From Azolla caroliniana (taxonomy: Eukaryota; Plantae; Polypodiophyta): DNA of 64,000 nucleotides. The position numbers and the translations under genes are program-made. The notes beneath the pieces are model-generated. The model had not been told where the DNA came from, did no database searches, and worked only from the letters and a program-made list of their open reading frames with translations. Of this stretch, positions 1 to 13,600 are shown piece by piece (position 1 is the first letter of the stretch; each line of letters opens with the position of its first letter). The DNA is taken from the NCBI GenBank assembly GCA_043228905.1, contig JBHGNT010000029.1, positions 248,001 through 312,000 of the forward strand, written 5' to 3'.

Positions 1-3000
1 CTCATTCGCCCTACTCAACTCCCTCCTCAAATTTGGTTATTTCTTCATGTCTCTCGACCTGAATTTCAAAATTTAGATTTTTTAATTCCATATCATAGCT
101 AGCGTTGTTAGCTTCGATTCGCATGTTTGAACAGAGAAATCCGATATCACACGAGCGAGCTATGAACAATTTAATTTACTCATTCGCCCTACTCAACTCC
201 CTCCTCAAAGTTGCTAATTTCGTCATGTCTCTCCACCTGAGTTTCACAATCTTGATTTCTTAATTCCATATCATAGCTAGCGTTGTTAGCTTCGATTCGC
301 ATGTTTGAACACAGAAATCCGATATCACACGAGCCAGGTATGAACATTTTAATTTGCTCAAGGGCTCTACTCAACTCCCTCCTAAAATTTGGTAATTTCT
401 TCATGTCTCTCGACCTGAGTTTCAAAATCTTGATTTTTTACTTCCATATCATAGCTAGCGTTGTTAGCTTCAAATGGCATGTTTGAACACAAAAATCCGA
501 TATCACACGAGCGAGGTATGAACAATTTAATTTACTCATTCGCCCTACTCAACTCCCTCCTAAAATTTGGTAATTTCTTCATGTCTCTCGACCTGAGTTT
601 CGAGATCTAGATTTTTTAATTCCATATCATAGCTAGAGTTGTTAGCTTCGATTTGCATGTTTGAACAGAGAAATCCGATATCACACGAGTGCGGTATGAA
701 GAATTTAATCTACTCATTCACCCTACTCAACCCCCTCCTCAAATTTGCTAATTTCTTCATGTCTCTCGACCTGAGTTTCCAGATCTGGATTTTGTCATTC
801 CATATCATAGCTAGCGTTGTTAGCTCCGATTTGCATGTTTGAACACAGAAATCCGATATTACACGAGCTAGGTATGAACATTTTAATTTGCTCAAGGGCT
901 CTACTCAACTCCCTCCTCAAATTTGGTAATTTCTTCATGTCTGTCGACCTGAGTTTCAAAATCTTGATTTTTTAATTCCATATCATAGCTAGCGTTGTTA
1001 GCTTTGAATGGCATGTTTGAACACAAAAATCCGATATCACACGAGCGAGGTATGAACAATTTAATTTACTCATTCGCCCTACTCAACTCCCTCCTAAAAT
1101 TTGGTAATTTCGTCATGTCGCTCGACCTGAGTTTCGAGATCTGGATTTTTTAATTCCATATCATAGCTAGAGTTGTTAGCTTCGATTTGCATGTTTGAAC
1201 AGAGAAATCCGATATCACACGAGCGAGGTATGAACAATTTAATTTACTCATTCGCCCTACTCAACTCCCTCCTCAAATTTGGTAATTTCTACATGTCTCT
1301 TGACCTGAATTTCAAAATTTAGATTTTGTAATTCCATATCATAGCTAGCGTTGTTAGCTTCGATTCGCATGTTTGAACAGAGAAATCCGATATCACACAA
1401 GCGAGGTATTAACATTTTAATTTACTCAAGGGCTCTACTCAACTCCCTCCTCAAATTTGCTAATTTCTTCATGTCTCTCGACCTGAGTTTCCAGATCTAG
1501 ATTTTTTCATTCCATATCATAGCTAGCGTTGTTAGCTCCGATTCCCATGTTTGAACACAGAAATCCGATATCACACGAGCCACGTATAAACATTTTAATT
1601 TGCTCAAGCGCTCTACTCAACTCCCTACTCAAATTTGGTAATATCTTCATGTCTTTCGACGGGAGTTTCAAAATCTTGATTTTTTAATTCCATATCCTAG
1701 GTAGCGTTGTTAGCTTCGAATGGCATGCTTGACCACAAAAATCCGATATCACACGAGCGAGGTATGAACAATTTAATTTACTCATTCGCCATACTCAACT
1801 CCATCCTCAAATTTGGTAATTTCGTCATGTCTCCCGACCTGAGTTTTAAAATCTGAGTTTTTTAATTCCATATCATAGCTAGCGTTGTTAGCTTCGATTT
1901 GCATGTTTGAACAGAGAAATTCGATATCACACGAGCAAGGTATGAACAATTTAATTTACTCATTCGCCCTACTCAACTCCCTCCTCAAATTTGGTTATTT
2001 CTTCATGTCTCTCGACCTGAATTTCAAAATTTAGATTTTTTAATTCCATATCATAGCTAGCGTTGTTAGCTTCGATTCGCATGTTTGAACAGAGAAGTCC
2101 GATATCACACGAGCGAGCTATGAACAATTTAATTTACTCATTCGCCCTACTCAACTCCCTCCTCAAAGTTGCTAATTTCGTCATGTCTCTCCACCTGAGT
2201 TTCACAATCTTGATTTCTTAATTCCATATCATAGCTAGCGTTGTTAGCTTCGATTCGCATGTTTGAACACAGAAATCCGATATCACACGAGCCAGGTATG
2301 AACATTTTAATTTGCTCAAGGGCTCTACTCAACTCCCTCCTAAAATTTGGTAATTTCTTCATGTCTCTCGACCTGAGTTTCAAAATCTTGATTTTTTACT
2401 TCCATATCATAGCTAGCGTTGTTAGCTTCAAATGGCATGTTTGAACACAAAAATCCGATATCACACGAGCGAGGTATGAACAATTTAATTTACTCATTCG
2501 CCCTACTCAACTCCCTCCTAAAATTTGGTAATTTCTTCATGTCTCTCGACCTGAGTTTCGAGATCTAGATTTTTTAATTCCATATCATAGCTAGAGTTGT
2601 TAGCTTCGATTTGCATGTTTGAACAGAGAAATCCGATATCACACGAGTGCGGTATGAAGAATTTAATCTACTCATTCACCCTACTCAACCCCCTCCTCAA
2701 ATTTGCTAATTTCTTCATGTCTCTCGACCTGAGTTTCCAGATCTGGATTTTGTCATTCCATATCATAGCTAGCGTTGTTAGCTCCGATTTGCATGTTTGA
2801 ACACAGAAATCCGATATTACACGAGCTAGGTATGAACATTTTAATTTGCTCAAGGGCTCTACTCAACTCCCTCCTCAAATTTGGTAATTTCTTCATGTCT
2901 GTCGACCTGAGTTTCAAAATCTTGATTTTTTAATTCCATATCATAGCTAGCGTTGTTAGCTTTGAATGGCATGTTTGAACACAAAAATCCGATATCACAC

Positions 3001-5750
3001 GAGCGAGGTATGAACAATTTAATTTACTCATTCGCCCTACTCAACTCCCTCCTAAAATTTGGTAATTTCGTCATGTCGCTCGACCTGAGTTTCGAGATCT
3101 GGATTTTTTAATTCCATATCATAGCTAGAGTTGTTAGCTTCGATTTGCATGTTTGAACAGAGAAATCCGATATCACACGAGCGAGGTATGAACAATTTAA
3201 TTTACTCATTCGCCCTACTCAACTCCCTCCTCAAATTTGGTAATTTCTACATGTCTCTTGACCTGAATTTCAAAATTTAGATTTTGTAATTCCATATCAT
3301 AGCTAGCGTTGTTAGCTTCGATTCGCATGTTTGAACAGAGAAATCCGATATCACACAAGCGAGGTATTAACATTTTAATTTACTCAAGGGCTCTACTCAA
3401 CTCCCTCCTCAAATTTGCTAATTTCTTCATGTCTCTCGACCTGAGTTTCCAGATCTAGATTTTTTCATTCCATATCATAGCTAGCGTTGTTAGCTCCGAT
3501 TCCCATGTTTGAACACAGAAATCCGATATCACACGAGCCACGTATAAACATTTTAATTTGCTCAAGCGCTCTACTCAACTCCCTACTCAAATTTGGTAAT
3601 ATCTTCATGTCTTTCGACGGGAGTTTCAAAATCTTGATTTTTTAATTCCATATCCTAGCTAGCGTTGTTAGCTTCGAATGGCATGCTTGACCACAAAAAT
3701 CCGATATCACACGAGCGAGGTATGAACAATTTAATTTACTCATTCGCCATACTCAACTCCATCCTCAAATTTGGTAATTTCGTCATGTCTCCCGACCTGA
3801 GTTTTAAAATCTGAGTTTTTTAATTCCATATCATAGCTAGCGTTGTTAGCTTCGATTTGCATGTTTGAACAGAGAAATTCGATATCACACGAGCAAGGTA
3901 TGAACAATTTAATTTACTCATTCGCCCTACTCAACTCCCTCCTCAAATTTGGTTATTTCTTCATGTCTCTCGACCTGAATTTCAAAATTTAGATTTTTTA
4001 ATTCCATATCATAGCTAGCGTTGTTAGCTTCGATTCGCATGTTTGAACAGAGAAATCCGATATCACACGAGCGAGCTATGAACAATTTAATTTACTCATT
4101 CGCCCTACTCAACTCCCTCCTCAAAGTTGCTAATTTCGTCATGTCTCTCCACCTGAGTTTCACAATCTTGATTTCTTAATTCCATATCATAGCTAGCGTT
4201 GTTAGCTTCGATTCGCATGTTTGAACACAGAAATCCGATATCACACGAGCCAGGTATGAACATTTTAATTTGCTCAAGGGCTCTACTCAACTCCCTCCTA
4301 AAATTTGGTAATTTCTTCATGTCTCTCGACCTGAGTTTCAAAATCTTGATTTTTTACTTCCATATCATAGCTAGCGTTGTTAGCTTCAAATGGCATGTTT
4401 GAACACAAAAATCCGATATCACACGAGCGAGGTATGAACAATTTAATTTACTCATTCGCCCTACTCAACTCCCTCCTAAAATTTGGTAATTTCTTCATGT
4501 CTCTCGACCTGAGTTTCGAGATCTAGATTTTTTAATTCCATATCATAGCTAGAGTTGTTAGCTTCGATTTGCATGTTTGAACAGAGAAATCCGATATCAC
4601 ACGAGTGCGGTATGAAGAATTTAATCTACTCATTCACCCTACTCAACCCCCTCCTCAAATTTGCTAATTTCTTCATGTCTCTCGACCTGAGTTTCCAGAT
4701 CTGGATTTTGTCATTCCATATCATAGCTAGCGTTGTTAGCTCCGATTTGCATGTTTGAACACAGAAATCCGATATTACACGAGCTAGGTATGAACATTTT
4801 AATTTGCTCAAGGGCTCTACTCAACTCCCTCCTCAAATTTGGTAATTTCTTCATGTCTGTCGACCTGAGTTTCAAAATCTTGATTTTTTAATTCCATATC
4901 ATAGCTAGCGTTGTTAGCTTTGAATGGCATGTTTGAACACAAAAATCCGATATCACACGAGCGAGGTATGAACAATTTAATTTACTCATTCGCCCTACTC
5001 AACTCCCTCCTAAAATTTGGTAATTTCGTCATGTCGCTCGACCTGAGTTTCGAGATCTGGATTTTTTAATTCCATATCATAGCTAGAGTTGTTAGCTTCG
5101 ATTTGCACGTTTGAACAGAGAAATCCGATATCACACGAGCGAGGTATGAACAATTTAATTTACTCATTCGCCCTACTCAACTCCCTCCTCAAATTTGGTA
5201 ATTTCTACATGTCTCTTGACCTGAATTTCAAAATTTAGATTTTGTAATTCCATATCATAGCTAGCGTTGTTAGCTTCGATTCGCATGTTTGAACAGAGAA
5301 ATCCGATATCACACAAGCGAGGTATTAACATTTTAATTTACTCAAGGGCTCTACTCAACTCCCTCCTCAAATTTGCTAATTTCTTCATGTCTCTCGACCT
5401 GAGTTTCCAGATCTAGATTTTTTCATTCCATATCATAGCTAGCGTTGTTAGCTCCGATTCCCATGTTTGAACACAGAAATCCGATATCACACGAGCCACG
5501 TATAAACATTTTAATTTGCTCAAGCGCTCTACTCAACTCCCTACTCAAATTTGGTAATATCTTCATGTCTTTCGACGTGAGTTTCAAAATCTTGATTTTT
5601 TAATTCCATATCCTAGCTAGCGTTGTTAGCTTCGAATGGCATGTTTGAACACAAAAATCCGATATCACACGAGCGAGGTATGAACAATTTAATTTACTCA
5701 TTCGCCCTACTCAACTCCCTCCTCAAATTTGGTAATTTCGTCATGTCTCT
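1..5750. repeat. 11-monomer higher-order repeat (1958 bp), about 3 near-identical copies
   Basis: Identical variant monomers recur at a 1958-bp offset (=11x178): ORF-track copies at 189/2147/4105 and 639/2597/4555. Only isolated SNPs are seen between copies. Confidence 0.95.
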
Positions 5751-6978
5751 CGAGCTGAGATTTTTAATTCCATATCATAGCTAGCGTTGTTAGCTTCGAT
5801 TTGCATGTTTGAACAGAGAAATCCGATATCACACGAGCGAGGTATGAACAATTTAATTTACTCATTCGCCCTACTCAACTCCCTCCTCAAATTTGGTAAT
5901 TTCTTCATGTCTCTCGACCTGAATTGCAAAATTTAGATTTTGTAATTCCATATCATAGCTAGCGTTGTTAGCTTCGATTCGCATGTTTGAACAGAGAAAT
6001 CCGATATCACACAAGCGAGGTATTAACATTTTAATTTACTCAAGGGCTCTACTCAACTCCCTCCTCAAATTTGCTAATTTCTTCATGTCTCTCGACCTGA
6101 GTTTCCAGATCTAGATTTTTTCATTCCATATCATAGCTAGCGTTGTTAGCTTCGATTTGCATGTTTGAACACAGGAATCCGATATCACACGAGCGAGGTA
6201 TGAACATTTTAATTTGCTCAAGGACTCTACTCAACTCCCTCCTCAAATTTGCTAATTTCTTCATGTCTCGCGACCTGAGTTTCGAGATCTGGATTTTTTA
6301 ATTCCATATCCTAGCTAGCGTTGTTAGCTTCGAATGGCATGTTTGAACACAAAAATCCGATATCACACGAGCGAGGTATGAACAATTTAATTTACTCATT
6401 CTCCTTACTCAACTCCCTCCTCAAATTTGGTAATTTCGTCATGTCTCTCGACCTGAGTTTTAAAATCTGAGATTTTTAATTCCATATCATAGCTAGCGTT
6501 GTTAGCTTCGATTTGCATGTTTGAACAGAGAAATCCGATATCACACGAGCAAGGTATGAACAATTTAATTTACTCATTCGCCCTACTCAACTCCCTCCTC
6601 AAATTTGGTTATTTCTTCATGTCTCTCGACCTGAATTTCAAAATTTAGATTTTTTAATTCCATATCATAGCTAGCGTTGTTAGCTTCGATTCGCAAGTTT
6701 GAACAGAAACATCCGATATCACACGAGCGAGCTATGAACAATTTAATTTACTCATTCGCCCTACTCAACTCCCTCCTCAAATTTGCTAATTTCGTCATGT
6801 CTCTCCACCTGAGTTTCACAATCTTGATTTCTTAATTCCATATCATAGCTAGCGTTGTTAGCTTCGATTCGCATGTTTGAACAGAGAAATCCGATATCAC
6901 ACAAGCGAGGTATTAACATTTTAATTTGCTCAAGGGCTCTAGTCAACTCCCTTCTCAAATATGCTAATTTCTTCATGT

Positions 6979-7386
6979 TGTTGGGATTTTCGGTCCCTCC
7001 GGATGGGATGTCCGGAGATGAATGACGGCAAGCCCGGTTACGGTTACGGAACCGGATGAAGATACAGGTCCGGTGAGCGCACTCTCCGGATGATGAAGAA
7101 TACCCGGTATGAAGCCGGATGAAGAGTACCCGGATACGGATTCGGATGATGAAGACCCCGGCTACGGAGCCGGATGACGAAGACCCGGCTACGGAGCCGG
7201 ATGATGAATGTACCCGGAGAGAGATCCGGATGCGGGGACATATTTATAAATATGTTTGCCAAGAGCCCTTGAGGCTATATGTGTAAATAGTCCGAAAGTC
7301 ATATGTGTATAAATATGACTTAGGGCAAACAGTTTAGAGTTGCTGCTTATTTTTCTGTTTTCACTTAGAGAGAGTGAAGAGAGCAG

Positions 7387-7417
<31 letters not shown>

Positions 7418-7687
7418 GAGGAGGTCGTTGCCTCTGTGTATTACCGCCGCCTGTGGCGAAGATAGTGAGCTTAAGGTTGTTGCCTTGAAGCTTCACCATT
7501 GTACATCTCTGTTCATAGTGATAGTTGGAGTTTGAGGACTCCCGTGGTTTTTCCCATTTAGGGTTTTCCACGTTAATCCCTGTGTATCGCGTCTTTCTCT
7601 GTATTTCCTATTTTCTGCTGTATTGATCCGCGATTAATTGGTTGTGGCCGGAACGGTGAAGGCGAATCGGAGCGTTGATTCGCAACA
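6979..7687 (+). mobile_element. Solo LTR (709 bp) of the Ty1/copia family at 31076-36662
   Basis: TGTTG...CAACA termini with 5-bp target-site duplication CATGT (6974-6978 and 7688-7692). Near-identical to the LTRs of the full element apart from one missing 28-bp U3 repeat unit and a few SNPs. No PBS or PPT alongside. Confidence 0.97.
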
Positions 7688-10600
7688 CATGTCTCTCGAC
7701 CTGAGTTTCCAGATCTGGATTTTTTCATTCCATATCATAGCTAGCGTTGTTAGCTCTGATTCCCATGTTTGAACACAAAAATCCGATATCACACGAGCGA
7801 GGTATGAACAATTTAATTTACTCATTCGCCCTACTCAACTCCCTCCTAAAATTTGGTAATTTCTTCATGTCTCTCGACCTGAGTTTCGAGATCTGGATTT
7901 TTTAATTCCATATCATAGCTAGAGTTGTTAGCTTCGATTTGCATGTTTGAACAGAGAAATCCGATATCACACGAGCGCGGTATGAAGAATTTAATCTACT
8001 CATTCGCCCTACTCAACTCCCTCCTAAAATTTGGTAATTTCTTCATGTCTCTCGACCTGAGTTTCGAGATCTGGATTTTTTAATTCCATATCATAGCTAG
8101 AGTTGTTAGCTTCGATTTGCATGTTTGAACAGAGAAATCTGATATCACACGAGCGCGGTATGAAGAATTTAATCTACTCATTCGCCCTACTCAACTCCCT
8201 CCTCAAATTTGGTAATTTCGTCATGACTCTCGACCTGAGTTTCAAAATCTTAATTTTTTAATTCCATATCATAGCTAGCGTTGTTAGTTCCGATTCCCAT
8301 GTTTATACACAGAAATCCGATATCACACGAGCCAGGTATGAACAATTTAATTTGCTCAAGGACTCTACTCAACTCCCTCCTCAAATTTGCTAATTTCTTC
8401 ATGTCTCTCGACCTGAGTTTCTAGATCTTGATTTTTTAATTCCATATCATAGCTAGAGTTGTTAGCTCCGATTCCCATGTTTGAACAAAGAAATCCGATA
8501 TCACACGAGCGAGGTATGAACATTTTAATTTGCTCAAGGACTCTACTCAACTCCCTCCTCAAATTTGCTAGTTTCTTCATGTCTCTCGACCTGAGTTTCG
8601 AGATCTGGATTTTTTAATTCCATATCATCACTAGCATTGTTAGCTCCGATTCCCATGTTTGAACACAGAAATCCGATATCACACGAGCCAGGTATAAACA
8701 TTTTAATTTACTCATTCGCCCTACTCAACTCCCTCCTCAAATTTGGTAATTTCTACATGTCTCTCGACTTGAATTTCAAAATTTAGATTTTTTAATTCCA
8801 TATCATAGCTAGCGTTGTTAGCTTCGATTCGCATGTTTGAACAGAGAAATCCGATATCACACGACCGAGGTATGAATATTTTAATTTACTCATTCGCCCT
8901 ACTCAACTCCCTCCTCAAGTTTGGTAATTTCTTCATGTCTCTCGACCTGAGTTTCGAGATCTGGATTTTTTAATTCCATATCATAGCTAGAGTTGTTAGC
9001 TTCGATTTGCATGTTTGAACAGAGAAATCCGATATCACACGAGCGCGGTATGAAGAATTTAATCTACTCATTCGCCCTACTCAACTCCCTCCTCAAATTT
9101 GGTAATTTCTTCATGTCTCTCGACCTGAGTTTCGAGATCTGGATTTTTTAATTCCATATCATAGCTAGAGTTGTTAGCTTCGATTTGCATGTTTGAACAG
9201 AGAAATCTGATATCACACGAGCGCGGTATGAAGAATTTAATCTACTCATTCGCCCTACTCAACTCCCTCCTCAAATTTGGTAATTTCGTCATGTCTCTCG
9301 ACCTGAGTTTCTAGATCTTGATTTTTTAATTCCATATCATAGCTAGAGTTGTTAGCTCCGATTCCCATGTTTGAACAGAGAAATCCGATATCACACGAGC
9401 GAGGTATGAACATTTTAATTTGCTCAAGGACTCTACTCAACTCCCTCCTCAAATTTGCTAGTTTCTTCATGTCTCTCGACCTGAGTTTCGAGATCTGGAT
9501 TTTTTAATTCCATATCATCGCTAGCATTGTTAGCTCCGATTCCCATGTTTGAACACAGAAATCCGATATCACACGAGCCAGGTATAAACATTTTAATTTA
9601 CTCATTCGCCCTACTCAACTCCCTCCTCAAATTTGGTAATTTCTACATGTCTCTCGACCTGAATTTAAAAATTTAGATTTTTTAATTCCATATCATAGCT
9701 AGCGTTGTTAGCTTCGATTCGCATGTTTGAACAGAGAAATCCGATATCACACGACCGAGGTATGAATATTTTAATTTGCTCAAGAACTCTACTCAACTCC
9801 CTCCTCAAATTTGCTAATTTCTTCATGTCTCTCGACCTGAGTTTCAAAATCTTGATTTTTTAATTCCATATCATAGCTAGCGTTGTTAGCTTCGATTTGC
9901 ATGTTTGAACACAGGAATCCGATATCACACGAGCGAGGTATGAACATTTTAATTTGCTCATGAACTCTACTCAACTCACTCCTCAAATTTGCTAATTTCT
10001 TCATGTCTCGCGACCTGAGTTTCGAGATCTGGATTTTTTAATTCCATATCATCGCTAGCATTGTTAGCTTCGATTCGCATGTTTGAACACAGGAATCCGA
10101 TATCACACGAGCGAGGTATGAAGAATTTAATCTACTCATTCGCCCTACTCAACGCCCTCCTCAAATTTGCTAATTTCGTCATGTCTCTCGACCTGAGTTT
10201 CGAGATCTGGATTTTTTAATTCCATATCATAGCTAGAGTTGTTGGCTTCGATTTGCATGTTTGAACACAGGAATCCGATATCACACAAGCGAGGTATTAA
10301 CATTTTAATTTACTCAAGGGCTCTACTCAACTCCCTCCTCAAATTTGGTAATTTCTTCATGTCTGTCGACCTGAGTTTCCAGATCTGGATTTTTTCATTC
10401 CATATCATAGCTAGCGTTGTTAGCTCTGATTCCCATGTTTGAACACAGAAATCCGATATTACACGAGCCAGGTATGAACATTTTAATTTGCTCAAGGGCT
10501 CTACTCAACTCCCTCCTCAAATTTGGTAATTTCTTCATGTCTCTCGACCTGAGTTTCAAAATCTTGATTTTTTAATTCCATATCATAGCTAGCGTTGTTA

Positions 10601-13600
10601 GCTTCGAATGGCATGTTTGAACACAAAAATCCGATATCATACGAGCGAGGTATGAACAATTTAATTTACTCATTCGCCCTACTCAACTCCCTCCTCAAAT
10701 TTGGTAATTTCTTCATGTCTCTCGACCTGAGTTTCGAGATCTGGATTTTTTAATTCCATATCATAGCTAGAGTTGTTAGCTTCGATTTGCATGTTTGAAC
10801 AGAGAAATCCGATATCACACGAGCGAGGTATGAACAATTTAATTTACTCATTCGCCCTACTCAACTCCCTCCTCAAATTTGGTAATTTCTTCATGTCTCT
10901 CGACCTGAATTTCAAAATTTAGATTTTTTAATTCCATATCATAGCTAGCGTTGTTAGCTTCGATTCGCATGTTTGAACACAGGAATCCGATATCACACGA
11001 GCGAGCTATGAACAATTTAATTTACTCATTCGCCCTACTCAACTCCCTCCTCAAATTTGCTAATTTCGTCATGTCTCTCCACCTGAGTTTCACAATCTTG
11101 ATTTCTTAATTCCATATCATAGCTAGCGTTGTTAGCTTCGATTCCCATGTTTGAACACAGAAATCCGATATCACACGAGCCAAGTATGAATATTTTAATT
11201 TGCTCAAGGACTCTACTCAACTTCCTCCTCAAATTTGGTAATTTCGTCATGTCCCTCGACCTGAATTTCAAAATTTAGATTTTTTAATTCCATATCATAG
11301 CTAGCGTTGTTAGCTTCGATTCGCATGTTTGAACACAGAAATCCGATATCACACAAGCGAGGTATTAACATTTTAATTTGCTTAAGGGCTCTACTCAACT
11401 CCCTCCTCAAATTTGGTAATTTCTTCATGTCTCTCGACCTGAGTTTCAAAATCTTGATTTTTTAATTCCATATCATACCTAGTGTTGTTAGCTTCGAATG
11501 GCATGTTTGAACACAAAAATCCGATATTAGACGAGCCACGTATAACCATTTTAATTTGCTCAAGGGCTCTACTCAACTCCCTCCTCAAATTTGGTAATTT
11601 CTTCATGTCTCTCGCCCTGAGTTTCAAAATCTTGATTTTTTAATTCCATATCCTAGCTAGCGTTGTTAGCTTCGAATGGCATGTTTGAACACAAAAATCC
11701 GATATTACTGGAGCCAGGTATGAACATTTTAATTTGCTCAAGGGCTCTACTCAACTCCCTCCTCAAATTTGCTAATTTCTTCATGTCTCTCGACCTGAGT
11801 TTCCAGATCTGGATTTTTTCATTCCATATCATAGCTAGCGTTGTTAGCTCCGATTTGCATGTTTGAACACAGAAATCCGATATTACACGAGCTAGGTATG
11901 AACATTTTAATTTGCTCAAGGGCTCTACTCAACTCCCTCCTCAAATTTGGTAATTTCTTCATGTCTCTCGACCTGAGTTTCAAAATCTTGATTTTTTAAT
12001 TCCATATCATAGCTAGCGTTGTTAGCTCCGATTCCCATGTTTGAACAAAAAAAACCGATATTACACGAGCCAGGTATGAACATTTTAATTTGCTCAAGAG
12101 CTCTACTCAACTCCCTCCTAAAATTTGGTAATTTCTTCATGTCTCTCGACCTGAGTTTCAAAATCTTGATTTTTTAATTCCATATCCTAGCTAGCGTTGT
12201 TAGCTTCGATTTGCATGTTTGAACACAGGAATCCGATATCACACGAGCGAAGTATGAACATTTTAATTTGCTCAAGGACTCTACTCAACTCCCTCCTCAA
12301 ATTTGGTAATTTCTTCATGTCTCTCGACCTGAGTTTCAAAATCTTGATTTTTTAATTCCATATCCTAGCTAGCGTTGTTAGCTTCGATTTGCATGTTTGA
12401 ACACAGGACTCCGATATCACACGAGCGAGGTATGAACATTTTAATTTGCCCAAGGACTCTACTCAACTCCCTCCTCAAATTTGCTAATTTCTTCATGTCT
12501 CTCGACCTGAGTTTCGAGATCTGGATTTTTTAATTCCATATCATCGCTAGCATTGTTAGCTCCGATTCCCATGTTTGAACACAGGAATCCGATATCACAC
12601 GAGCGAGGTATGAACATTTTAATTTGCTCAAGGACTCTCGACCTTAGTTTCGAGATCTGGATTTTTTAATTCCATATCATAGCTAGAGTTGTTAGCTTCG
12701 ATTTGCATCTTTGAACAGAGAAATCCGATATCACACGAGCGAGGTCTAAACAATTTAATCTACTCATTCCCCTACTCAACTCCCTCCTCAAATTTGGTAA
12801 TTTCTTCATGTCTCTCGACCTTAGTTTCAAAATCTTGATTTTTTTATTCCATATCATAGCTAGCGTTGTTAGTTCCGATTCCCATGTTTGAACACAAAAA
12901 TCCGATATCACACGAGCGAGGTATGAACAATTTAATTTACTCATTTGCCCTACTCAACTCCCTCCTAAAATTTGGTAATTTCTTCATGTCTCTCGACCTT
13001 AGTTTCGAGATCTGGATTTTATAATTCCATATCATAGCTAGTGTTGTTAGTTTCGATTTGCATGTTTGAACACAGGAATCCGATATCACACGAGCGAGGT
13101 ATGAACATTTTAATTTGCTCAAGGACTCTACTCAACTCCCTCCTCAAATTTGCTAATTTCTTCATGTCTCTTGACCTGAGTTTTGAGATCTGGATTTTTT
13201 AATTCCATATCATCGCTAGCATTGTTAGCTCCGATTCCCATGTTTGAACACAGAAATCCGATATCACACGAGCCAAGTATGAATATTTTAAATTGCTCAA
13301 GGACTCTACTCAACTTCCTCCTCAAATTTAGTAATTTCGTCATGTCTCTCGACCTGAGTTTCGAGATCTGGATTTTTTAATTCCATATCATAGCTAGAGT
13401 TGTTAGCTTCGATTTGCATGTTTGAACAGAGAAATCTGATATCACACGAGCGCGGTATGAAGAATTTAATCTACTCATTCGCCCTACTCAACTCCCTCCT
13501 CAAATTTGGTAATTTCGTCATGTCTCTCGACCTGAGTTTCTAGATCTTGATTTTTTAATTCCATATCATAGCTAGAGTTGTTAGCTCCGATTCCCATGTT

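Noticed and set aside
1-178. Homology to Arabidopsis CEN178, 5S rDNA or tRNA arrays
   Set aside because: Only the length matches CEN178. I recognise no 5S or tRNA sequence or Pol III boxes. A database search would be needed to exclude remote similarity.
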